Source: Yuukianura sp. NJ FZ-2021
Taxonomy: Eukaryota
Assembly: GCA_046563655.1 (NCBI GenBank)
Contig: CM102290.1
Location: 7,998,001-8,062,000 of the forward strand
Length of the DNA: 64,000 bases
Direction of reading: 5' to 3'
Part shown: piece after piece, positions 30,761-41,772 of the stretch
Layout of the letters: the number at the start of each line of letters is the position of its first letter
How positions within the stretch are numbered: position 1 is the first letter of the stretch
Translations under genes and position numbers: made by a program
Notes under the pieces: generated by a model
What the model was told of the DNA's origin: nothing
The model's input: only the letters and a program-made list of their open reading frames with translations
Database searches by the model: none

Positions 30761-31600
30761 ATGCAAAGTATTTGCGAATCCACCGGAAGATTATGTGCTT
30801 CAATTAGTAGAGAGCTTAACATCGTACCTCGACGTTATCGAAGAAAACCGAGCTGGCTTGGATTTGCCAAAACTAAACTCTTCCGACTACCCAGACCACT
30901 GGATTGGACACAGGCGGAACTTTATGAGAGGCAACGGCTCCAGCAACATCATGACACGTACATGAAATCCTTATGGTAGGTCAACAGTGCTTAAACAATC
31001 AATTTTCAAATTCACAAGCGAATTATGTTGTTCTTGTTACAGGGCGTTCCAGAAGAAGGCGTACGAGCTATCCGTCGAACAATCTGCTGCTCATGCCAAG
31101 GAAATCTCTGAGGATTCTGAAATTGGAAAGATGGCGGAGGAAATAGAGCGAGATAATGCAATTGCTAGAGAACGTAGGGAAAAGGCTCTGGTTCTGGAAT
31201 GGAAAGAAGTAGAAGAAAGTATAACTAGAGAACGAATGGCGTTTGAGCAACAAGAGAAAGAGCAACACGCACGTACTCAAAATGAAATAAAAATTCAAAT
31301 GGTAAGTGTCATTAAACACTACTGCACTGGGACGTTTAATGAATATTCACGGTAACCTTAAACATTCAGAGATTGCAGTGACTACTGTTACATAAAACTC
31401 AATGACTTTTTAAACAGGAACGGCTGAAGTCATCAATCAAGCTCGACGATCTGGATTCCAAGATTGCCGAATTACTGTCGTCAACAGTTGACCATAACTT
31501 CGCTGTGGATAAGACAGGAAAATTATATTTCGGACGATTGAACTCTGACAAGCCAGCGGAAAGTGAAAGCAAAAGTAACGAGATTAGTAGCGCTTCTTAG
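30761..31600 (+). CDS. MRPS26: Mitochondrial small ribosomal subunit protein mS26
   Basis: Exons 30761-30975, 31043-31301, 31418-31600. Arg-rich presequence, RKPSWLGFAKTKLFRLP, long E/R/K coiled coil, and C-terminal DHNFAVDKTG. Confidence 0.85.
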
Positions 31601-31804
31601 TTAATGTGGAAAACATGGATCAAATTCAGTTAAGTAGTAAAGTTTTGTTTTTTATTTGTGACATTATTCATGGTCAAGACTTCTAGAAACATAATTTTTC
31701 TAATACAACAACATTGTACCCGAGGTCAGGTTTGACGGAGTATTACTAAACAGTTGTATTGCGGATTTGTGGCTACCGGCGCTGCCGTGTCACATTTCGG
31801 GCGA

Positions 31805-34800
31805 TCACTGTTGCACATTCGGCCTCGGTCCAGCGCTTTCCGCTGTCGTTCCACTACTAGATTCCAGTTCTGGACTTGTCAAGCTAGGAACAGGTTCTTC
31901 CGGACTGGAACTTTGCATTGTCGAAGTACTGTACAGTCCTCGACCTCTGGTTCCTTTCTTCCTCGTTCGAATAGACGGGGATTCCTGAAACGATTTTTCA
32001 GCCAGCGTTTTGACAACTACGTTCAACTCCCTGAGGCAAGTATTCATATCCTCCAGTTGACTTTTAATTAACAGTACTTCGCGAGCCAATGAGCTGGAAC
32101 CCATTTGAGCCTTCATCTCCCTGCCTATCTGAGTTATCTTCTTCGTAGCTTCGTCTGAATATCTGAAAACGTAAGTAAAAATTGTCAAACTTTTAAACTT
32201 GTTTCAGTTGTTTGTAACACTCACCTTTCTATTCCTTCTGTTAATTTTTGCAGAAGATCTTCACTGGACACATCAGTTGTAATTTTGCCAGTACCATTGC
32301 CAGAGGGATCGACAACATTGGACCGTGTGATGCCCCGATGAGTACGATCCATTTTTCTGGCATGCTGAGTCATGACGATTGCCAGCGCATCCTTACCTAA
32401 GCTTCCATGATCTTTGAGATTTGGGAAGATGACGCCTTTTCGCTGATGAAGAGATCGAGTGTCACGCATTCCATATTGAGGATATAGAAGACTCCGCTTC
32501 TGAAGAGCATCTTCTAGCTGACTTGACACTTTGACTTGTTGAACCAATTGCATGTGTTCTCCTGCCAAGCAAAAAAGTTCAAACTGTCAGATTCAGCACA
32601 ACATTTTCCACAGAAATTCATGTTTACCTTCTCTCTGCATACTGCTGATGTCGCAAACGGCAAGAGCAATGAATAAACACGAGAGAATAATGGAGATGAA
32701 GATTATGAAGAGAACCACGACGATGTGGCTCGTAAAAGGTACAATAACTGCATTCTTCAGTCTGGAGTCAATGAATGTCCTGGCCAGGTCAACTTCTCCT
32801 ATCATCATTGCAAAAGTCTGCAAAAGAGGTTAGACATAAGAACTTTTGTATCTCTTCAGATGTTTGTGGCCAATGTCAAGTCGAGGTCACTCTGGAAAGT
32901 TTACCTTGAGAAATGTGAATCCAACACTGTCAAAATCCTTTTGCGTCCGAAAGAGAAAGTGGAGTGTGAGGCTAAAGGCAAACAGAAGTCCCAGATAGGT
33001 AAACATGCATTTGAGTATATTTTGTGACACCGCGGCAAACATTCTGAAAACGAAAAAGTACAACCATGCGCCAAATTTAAAAAAAAATTTGTTTTTTGAA
33101 TTTTCTAGAATTCGTAGGACTCGGGCAGTTCAAAACTGGACCATTGTGTACCTTATGTAGACCCCAAACACTGGAATTTTGCCGTAGAGCGTGACCTGAA
33201 ACATGCACGGCAGTTACTGTATGATTTTCATTGATTTTGCAAACTTTAACTTAGGTTATACTTGAATTGTCCATCCAACAATTAGGCAAACAGCAGCAAA
33301 ATGATCCCTGGTTTCAACAAAGCTACTGACGCCACATTCTGCCAGAGAAAGTAGAGCAACGCTGGACACCAGGACCAGTTCCAGGATGTTATCCAGCTAC
33401 AAATAAGCAATGTTATGGTGGATGCTGATTTGACATGACTGAAAGTTTTCAATTGAGCACTGGGTAAAATCTTACTTGCACTACGTATTGCAGGGGAGCT
33501 TGAATCAGTTGTATCATCTCCCGGATGCCAATTCCGGCTGTCAGCACCCACAGAATTGACCAAACAACCTACAGAGAAAGTTAGAAACGTAGATTAGTAG
33601 GTACCAGCATACTGGGCACGCTTGCTGGGGCTACGCCCTAGACCCATTTATTCGTCATTCGTTTCAGTTTTTTTTTCACAATTCAACCACGTCTAAAAGT
33701 TAGATTCTAATTGAATGTTTCCTAATTCAACCACATTTAAAAATTCGCATTTCAGTTGAATTTTTCACAATTCGACCACGTCTAAAAGTTATCTAGTGTC
33801 TCGTACTACCTTGTCTGTCTCCACAATATGTCTCAACAAATTACTTGGCAACCATGCAAAAATTTCCTAGTCACACACTCTAACGTTTTACTAGCACATA
33901 GCTGGCTGCGTTACTACAACTTTCTACAACAAGAAGATTCCAAACTTACAATATTTCTTGAGGTGTCCATGCAGTATCGTTCATGTCCAGAAGATAAGTG
34001 ATGAACTACGTGGACGTCCTTAGCTGGCATTCCCTCTTCCGACGATCCGTACTCCATTGTTGAGTTATCAAAAGTGTCAATTGTAGGAGTGTCGGATTCG
34101 TATTCCATAAAAATGACTCCCGTGAGAAAGGCAAGAAAGACAGCAAACAGGAGCATGTCCAAGTACAGGTACCATCTAGTAAAAGAGACATACAGAGAGG
34201 TCAAGGGTCACCGGTAGAGGTCAATCGAGGTCAATCGTTTCATCTGTTTAGTAATTACTTGACTTTTTTCCATTTAAGTCTAAGGAGACTTTCACAGACG
34301 GGATGACTGAGGATGCTGGTGTCCTTGCAACGCGTTAATCCATGGAGGACGCCCATTTCCCGCAAAATGGATTCCCGCTCCTGGCGATGTTGCATGGACA
34401 GGAGCTTGTCATTGGGAATGTCCTTGGGAAATACTGTGAGACAAGTGTAGTCGAATTGGATGTAGAATTGTTTAGAATCTGGGTCACAGTTGTCAATGTT
34501 AGATGAAACGCATTTGTCCAAAAATGGTGGAATTATATGCGGAAACTTTTTGGCCATGGTGAGAAGTGACATGCCGTCCATCAGTTCCGCCCCAAGCTCA
34601 AACAGGATCATGACAGCATCTTCTGAACCAGTCTAAGTTTATGTCATAATATGAAAATTTGCATTCTTAATTATACATTTCCATAGATAAATTCCAATGA
34701 GTGGGCTGCTCCATATGCTACCATATAAAATTGTGTGATGCGTAAGGTGCCGATTGTGGAAGTCGTTCAACAGTACCGAAAGCACTGCTCCTATAACTAC

Positions 34801-37800
34801 GCAGTTTTCTAGCAGTGGACCAAATATTGCTTAATGGGCATTGCGAAACCGAACAGCAGTCTTATATGGGTGCAAAGCTGTTAACATAGGGAAAGTGCAT
34901 ATGAAAACTGGAGGAAAGTAAAGCAGGTCATGAGGTCAAAGTTAACAAATGCAGCAGCACAGACAGTAGTGATAAAAGTCTGCTGATGGTTAATCACTTG
35001 CCTGGATTGCATAGTACAGACATGTTTTTCCATCTTGGTCAATTGCATTGACGCTAACTCCGGCAGAAGCTAACTTCCGAAACGTTGACCCCATTTTACC
35101 ATAGTCAGACTCTATTCCCTCACAAGTTTCAGCAGCGTGATGCAATGCTGTTTTTCCAAAAGCATCTTGAGCATGAACATCAGCACCGTATTCCAGCAAT
35201 ACCTGAATTTCAAAATGCGCTAGTTAAAAGATTGTTTATTTTTTTTTAAATAATGTTTCTTTTTCGTAAAATTCTTAATTAGTTTTTTGGATTTAAACTA
35301 AAGCCACAAAGCTACAAGAGAATGTTTGAGCTTATCTACTAAGCAGTCAAAATGTTGAACAAAAATAAAATAAAAAAGCGCTTGGAACGAAATCTACGAT
35401 AATTTGAAAATTTGGAATATACCAACTAAATTTCAATATAAAGGACAACTTAGATGCTTTTATGACTTCAGTACAAGAAAAATAAAAAATAGAGCGGGTC
35501 AAGGAGAAACCGTTTTGGAATAATTTGTGCTCCGACTACAATCATGTCATAATCGATTTTATTTTTGGAATAAAAATTTTGCTGGACAAAAATACACAAA
35601 AATGCTTTAGTTTTGTTAGATTTTGGGTTTTTAAATTTTTGAACCTTCAAACAGGGTAGGTTTATGTACTGAAAAAAAAACTACTAGATGAGGCGAGTCA
35701 TCAGAAGTGAAACTTTTTGCAAAAATTAATAAGAAAATGTTTGTTGAAATGGTTTCTTTTGTTCTATTGACTTCAAAACATTGATCAGTGAATGACAATA
35801 GAATGTTTTCTGCTACATTTTCTTATGGAACTCACCCAAAACCTTGAGAACTATTTGAAAAATCAATAAAGAATAAATAAATAATTGCAATTTCCGACTC
35901 TCCATGTCCATTTCCTCAAATTATTCCTCTACCTCATTTACAATTCTTCTACATTTTCTCTTTTTTGAGAGAAAAAACATTCTTTTTAAAATAATGTGAA
36001 AAGTAAATTCAACATGTTGGGGAAAAGCGTTCAAGTGGCCTTTGAAAACTCGAGCTGAAATATATGTTTCGTAATGTTGGTTTTTGTATTAACCAAATAT
36101 ATTTTAGCATAATTTCTGCCCGTGGGCCTTGTTTAAAAAATGATTCGTGGTTATAAAATATATTCAAAATTAATTTGGACTTGGGCTTGTTGACATTTTA
36201 AAAATTTTAAATTATGAAAACTTTGTAATGGAAAAGAAAAACGGAACAGTAGGGGATGAGGGATAAGTAAAAGGAACGAAAATAAATGCGATTAGATACT
36301 CAAATGCTTACGTCAATCGTCCAAATGTCATCTACTCTGGCAGCCATCTAACCGTAAATCGGATTAATTCATTTTTTCTTTCAGTTGAGCTTGTAAAATT
36401 TTGAATTTAAGAAGAAAATTATGAATTAAGTTTAACGATTGCCTTATTACCAGTAATGGTGTCATTTTTTGTCCGTCTCGTCCATTGACATCGCATCCAG
36501 CAGAGGCAAGGATGCGACAACAATCCCCTTGACCTACATAAAGTTATTCACATTTGCGTCCCAATTTTCATGAATTCCAATTTTTTTTATAGTTCGGCCA
36601 AATTTTGACCACCAATCTCCTTTTTCTAAACTAATTGCACTGGTTGTTATTCATATTTTAAAAATTAAAAGCCTAACCTGCTCCCGCAGCATAATGGAGA
36701 GCTGTTGCACCAAATTTATTTCTGGCATGAATATCCGCTCGATAGCTGAGTAAAACTTGGACAACTTCCTTGGACGTCGCTGCTGCATACAGTAGCGGCG
36801 TCCGCTCCAGCGACGTGTCCGGTTGATCCTTTTGAGCTCCATGCTCTAGTAGTAATTTCGTCTGTAGGAACACCATACCAATTTCCGTTTGCAATTTCCG
36901 AGTACTAGTAAATTTTACAACAAAATGAGAAGTTGTAAAAAGTTATGATTTACAATTGTTGGCAATCCGAGGAAGCAGGCGATATGCAGCGGCCATCTTC
37001 CTTTTTCATCGCAAACCGAATTCGGGTCGATTCCGGTATTCAGAATGTTCCGAACTTTGTCCGACTTGTTGAACTCCACAGCCGTCAGTAGTTCCTGCCT
37101 CAAAATACTTGGATCCGTCGTTCCTGTTTTTCAAAAATGTTAACCTGACCAACTACTACATGTTAACATTTAAGTTTAATTTAAATTAACGCTTACTTTG
37201 AAATTTTAGACTAACCGTAAATGGACATTTCCGTACGGAGCCGCGGTTTGAGGTTGACATGACGCCGAGAGGAAGTGCCGGGTTTAGGCTCCTCCCTTTG
37301 ACCTGTCCCGATCACTCCATTGACCTGAGCCGTAGGTTTCAATTGTTGGATGTTGTTCATTTCCACGTCAACGTTAGTTAGAGGTTCCATGATGTCTATT
37401 CTAGTACTTGAGTCCCATGGAAATGCAGTGAGACTGAAGGGATGATTGTCATTGGGTGAAAGTGGATTCTCAGTTGTGGCTGAGGAAATGCCACTGTCTC
37501 TTAACGGAACCACTTCCAACGGCCAAGCATCCGGTTTGACCGGAGTAGTACTTTTAAGGGCAAGGTCACTCGTGGGGTCACCGTGTTCATCGAGGTCAGT
37601 CCTCCTAGACATGTAGCCATAGTCTATTGGGTCACGCACTTTAGCACTCTGTGGCACCGTGTACTTTCCCCTGGAACTGGAACTGGTCTTGTGAAGTGGA
37701 GGGGGGACTTGGGCATGGGGGTGGTGGACTTGGAAGGCCCCTAGGGCGTTGTACACAACGTCATCTGAAGTTTCTAAAATTGCCAATTCCTCTTCAAAAC

Positions 37801-37948
37801 TTATGGTACTTGGAGACAAATTGATGTTTTGAAACGAAGCACTTGGTAGAAGCTGGTTGACTTTGGATATTGAACTGCTGTTTCTAGTAGAGCGCAAGTA
37901 TTCCTCTTGACCTGAGTTCAACTTCTGCTTCAATTGTCCCTCTGACAT
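31805..37948 (-). CDS. TRPA-subfamily ion channel (Pyrexia/Water witch-like): long disordered N-terminus, 7 ankyrin repeats, 6 TM segments
   Basis: Multi-exon model. Ankyrin motifs WPLHIAC, TPLLYAA, TALHYAA, TPLLMAA, TALHHAA, TCLYYAI; pre-S1 HPVCESLLRLKWKK; REMIQLIQAPLQY; LDNILE; GKIPVFGVYIRMF; pore TFAMMIGEVD; S6 IILSCLFIALAVCDI; C-terminal coiled coil. First in-frame ATG 37948 (start uncertain). Confidence 0.87.
33594..33790 (-). mobile_element. Helitron-like 3' end (GC hairpin) with ~44-bp internal tandem repeats, in TRP intron
   Basis: ttagtaggtaccagcatactgggcacgcttgctggggctacgccctag contains a ccagca/tgctgg stem; three aattcaaccac-type repeats follow. A similar block occurs at 39358. 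Confidence 0.5.
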
Positions 37949-39232
37949 GGATCCCAGTCCTCCTAACAATTTCAACTTAACCTTAAGTGTCGAATACAAA
38001 GTGTCTTCAATTAAGAAATTAATTGACTCTTTTTGTTGTGTCAACTTGGACTAAAAGTAAAGAATTTTAATGACTATTTAAAAAGTGGGCTTAACTTTGA
38101 TAAATAGTATCCAATATACTTCATTTACTAACCCAAAACGTTAAATAATCAAGACGTGATTTTCATATTTTCAGTTCTTTTAACGTTTCATTCTACGAGT
38201 CAAAAACTCCGCGTTTTTTGGAGAATTCCATAGAAAAGTTTAAAATATGTTCTAAATACGCCATTCTCTTTGGACTTTTGACACAAATCGCCTAAATTGC
38301 TAAACTAATTTTTAATAATGTAAGGAAATGTAGCTCTTACCTAAGAAGCTGACTTCTGGCGTTAGTGAATTTAATGAAAATTTCAGTACAATCCAAGTTA
38401 CTAGATGACAGCTTCTGTTGTTTGCTCTTTGAACACAGCAGACAAAACAATGAACACGATGAAATCATAGTTCCACTCTTTTGAACTGTTTCCTATTTTG
38501 TGAAAAGTCGTTCAAGGAAACAGTTTTTCCAATACCAGGTCGCCCCGAAATCCCCGCTTATTGTGGGCTACATGCTGGAATTATTTTAATCCGAGTAATT
38601 AAGCAAACTTTTGGAACTCCTTAGCTCAAAACCTAAAGCGCATAAGCCAATAAAAACACTTTTTGATTTTATGAATTTCTAGAACCAAACGATTACAGCA
38701 AGTAACAAGGGCTGTAGCACTGAAACTGCGAACTGTAAAATTTACAGTTCGCAATAATATTTAATATTATTGGGTAGTGTGTCAGTGGAAATGTACCAAA
38801 ATGACACAATTTGTGAAATTTTTCGGGAAAAATATTGGTTAAGTTTATACAAAAGAGTTCAGGACGCCAACAAGGTGTCCCGTGCTGTCTTTGTAATGAT
38901 AGTTGAACGTCGCAGCTCCAGCAGGAACAAAGCGAGTGTTATGAATGCCTTTCACCGGAAGAGCAAGGGCAGGGAAAGTGGTCTGATGGTTTTTAGGAAA
39001 GAGACCATTTCAACCCAGAATTGACATGGACACAAGTTCATATTTCCAAAAGAAAGCATCACAACAATACTCATATCCTCTTAGTCGGTTTCTCAATTTT
39101 TAATCAAGCCCCTCCCACTGTCCTGCCTTTTCTAGCTCCAAAATAATAATGTTCCTTGAATTGGTTTTTATATGAGAAATCCATTCCAAAAATTTCAAAA
39201 GTTGCGGAATGTCGGCATAAGCTATACCTTAT

Positions 39233-39258
39233 GCCAATGACCGTATACGGTCATTGGC
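39233..39258. repeat. Perfect 26-bp palindrome
   Basis: gccaatgaccgtatacggtcattggc equals its own reverse complement. Confidence 0.95.
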
Positions 39259-39357
39259 CTTAATGCTTCCTCTATAATCGTCGCCCCAATATTTTTTTAC
39301 GTATTATTTAGTTCGAATTGTTCAAATTTTTAATTCGTTACTTAATAAAATTTTATT

Positions 39358-39750
39358 TTAGTAACCACCAGCATACCACGCATGCGTTTGGTGGGGCTTC
39401 GCTCTAGGGCCGTTCAATCGTCCTAATTTTTAGCCTAACGAAGACTATTTTGCAAAAGCCTTACGCAAGAAAGTTGAAAGACGTGATGGTCTTTTCAAAA
39501 AACAATGTTTTGTAATTTGTTAAATTTCTTATAAATAAGGAAAATACATGTTAGGGAATTTTTCAGCCTAACCGTGACCTTTTTCCAAAAATAATAAGCG
39601 AGATTAACAGAAAGCTAGAAGATGTGATGGTATTTAAAAAAAAACAATATTTTGAAAAGTTTTAGTCTCTCTTGACTGATGAGGTTACATTTTTAGCGTG
39701 TTAACCATGACTTTCTACAAAGTACGCTGGACTGGAAGCCTAGAAGGTTT
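39358..39750 (-). mobile_element. Second Helitron-like remnant with degenerate ~130-bp tandem repeats
   Basis: ttagtaaccaccagcataccacgcatgcgtttggtggggcttcgctctag resembles 33594-33641. It is followed by 2-3 degenerate copies of a unit starting tttt(c)agcctaac and containing gtgatggt..aaaaaacaat. Confidence 0.45.
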
Positions 39751-40493
39751 CATAAGAAAACGCTATCATGATAATGCGAATTTCTGTTAGAAGTTTGAAA
39801 ATTGCTCTAAAGCGTGCAGTGATTGATTTCAGAGATGCCGCATTTAAACTTATGGTGTGAACTTTAGGAATAAAAATTTAAAGCAAAGTTTGAACGTCAA
39901 TTTGCTTTCAGCAGCTTCGGTAAGTGTCATATTGATTTCCAAGGAAAATCTGCTTTATTTATGTCGCTCACTCGAAAGCGTCACTTTGACTTTCGACATC
40001 GTAAAATTGCAAAGTCAGCGTCATTTTTGTTAACTGTTAACCAAATTGTACAAAAGATCGATTACTTTGTAACATATTTTGAAGAGTTTGCAGAATCGCT
40101 TAAACTGGGCCAGGGTAAACATATTTTGCTGACATTAGGCTAACCAATTTTTCCTATTCTAACTACACAAACAACACTAATGGCTAAATGTCTTATCTCA
40201 AGAGTAAACGGAAATAAATACATATAGAAGAAGGAACTATGAAAGAAACATTGTAATATCATAACTTAAGTGGTGGCATTAAGAGAGGTCACACGGTCAG
40301 ACAAACAAAACAGTCGATTTGGCAAGAGCAAGCAGAAAAGGTCGATGATTCAAAAAAAAAAGTTTTTAGTGTGTAAATAATCTGCAGCGTCAAAACTTTT
40401 AGTTGGCAAAATTCTTTGAAGCTGAAGCATTTTTGACAAACTTATTCTGGGTCTTGGTTCATTATTCACACAGACTTCGTCCGAATCGGAACC

Positions 40494-40837
40494 ATGAGAC
40501 AAGAAATTCGCCAGTTACTTCTTTTGACTTCCATTTTACTTTTCTTTCACTGTTTTACGCATAATCCTCCAATACAACTCGTGAGTGCGCATTGCAATTG
40601 TACAAGACAAATCCGTAGTCAATACTGTTGCGAAGTCTATCGGGGATTCTGCTGCGAGTGAGTCTAAAGCAATTCAACCAAAATTTAACAAAATGCACAC
40701 TACCTTATAGTTAAAAATTTTAACAGGATTAATTTTTGCTTTCTAGATTTCCCAGAGCTAAGCGGAGTGCTGGAAGATTTGGATTTCAAAAGCCACGAAT
40801 CGTTCATGTTTCATTGGACGAAACAGTGACCTCTTAG
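40494..40837 (+). CDS. Small secreted cysteine-rich prepropeptide (84 aa), unknown family
   Basis: ACCATG start; exons 40494-40657 and 40747-40837 (GA|gtgagt ... ttctag|A). Protein: MRQEIRQLLLLTSILLFFHCFTHNPPIQLVSA-HCNCTRQIRSQYCCEVYRGFCCEFP-RAKR-SAGRFGFQKPRIVHVSLDETVTS*. Confidence 0.72.
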
Positions 40838-40918
40838 CTGCATTCACAACTTAATATATACTACTAGAATCACTGGACGAAAAAATGGCCACTTTGTAAC
40901 AACGTCTTTGTTACAACT

Positions 40919-41015
40919 GTAACTTCGTAAGCATGAATTTCGTAAGCAGTGCAAGCATAACTTATCACAACCTAAGAAGTTACCCTGCTTACGCAGTTTA
41001 TGCTTATGAAATTAC
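40919..41015. repeat. ~97-bp imperfect inverted repeat (mini-MITE or RNA hairpin)
   Basis: gtaacttcgtaagcatgaatttcgtaagcag pairs with ctgcttacgcagtttatgcttatgaaattac; central aacctaa. Confidence 0.7.
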
Positions 41016-41772
41016 CTTCTTCGATTCCATTCATCCATATCCGCTCTGCATAACATCTGTATCGTGTTAAGGCAATATATTTAACTATTTTTTAATTTTG
41101 TTTCTATTAATTGCACTTATTGTCTGATTTCAGTTCGAATGTTGTTACCCAATCTTTTGTAAAATCCATTAGATTTCCAATTTAGGTTTAGTATGAGAGT
41201 CAGTGAAAGTATTTACCATTGTTATTGTTAACTTATGTAGCATAATTACTTAATGATTAATTACTTATACTATAATAGTAATTAGTAATTATAAAATAAT
41301 TACTTATGAATGAAGCTTAATTACTTTAAAATGGCAAAGATTAAAAGAGAACAGGAAATTAAAAATTAGCAAAAATTTTGTGCTAAAGTGAAGTATGCCC
41401 ATACACGACATCTAGAAATTTCTTTGTCTATGATTCCCGCATTTTTGTTTTCTATTTGAAAGGAGTTCAGGGATTGGCGGGTGAGGTGGTCACATGATTC
41501 CTTCTTTGTCTTCCACGTTACTCTGGTAATGCAATAGTGGGGGAAAGGAGGGGCGCGGAATAACAAACACCCACAAGAGGTCATTGACCTGCAACGGAAG
41601 AGCAAAAAAACCGCGGTTTTTCGGTCATTCACTCTTCGACCTCCGAGGCGAGCGGACGTCTGTCAAAGTGCTGCTACAAATCCTGAACTTTTCTTCAACT
41701 AATTTGAAACTTGCATTCGTCGATCAAGTCAATTGGTACATCTTTGGAACTAGCGTAACAGAACAGTGGATC

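Noticed and set aside
30648..30965. 105-aa ORF overlapping MRPS26 exon 1
   Set aside because: Wrong frame; the 30761 frame carries the mS26 motif.
33282..33563. 93-aa ORF suggesting a frameshift in the TRP transmembrane region
   Set aside because: Resolved by two exons in other frames (VVWSIL..YVVQ and LDNILE..WTIQ); the gene appears intact, not a pseudogene.
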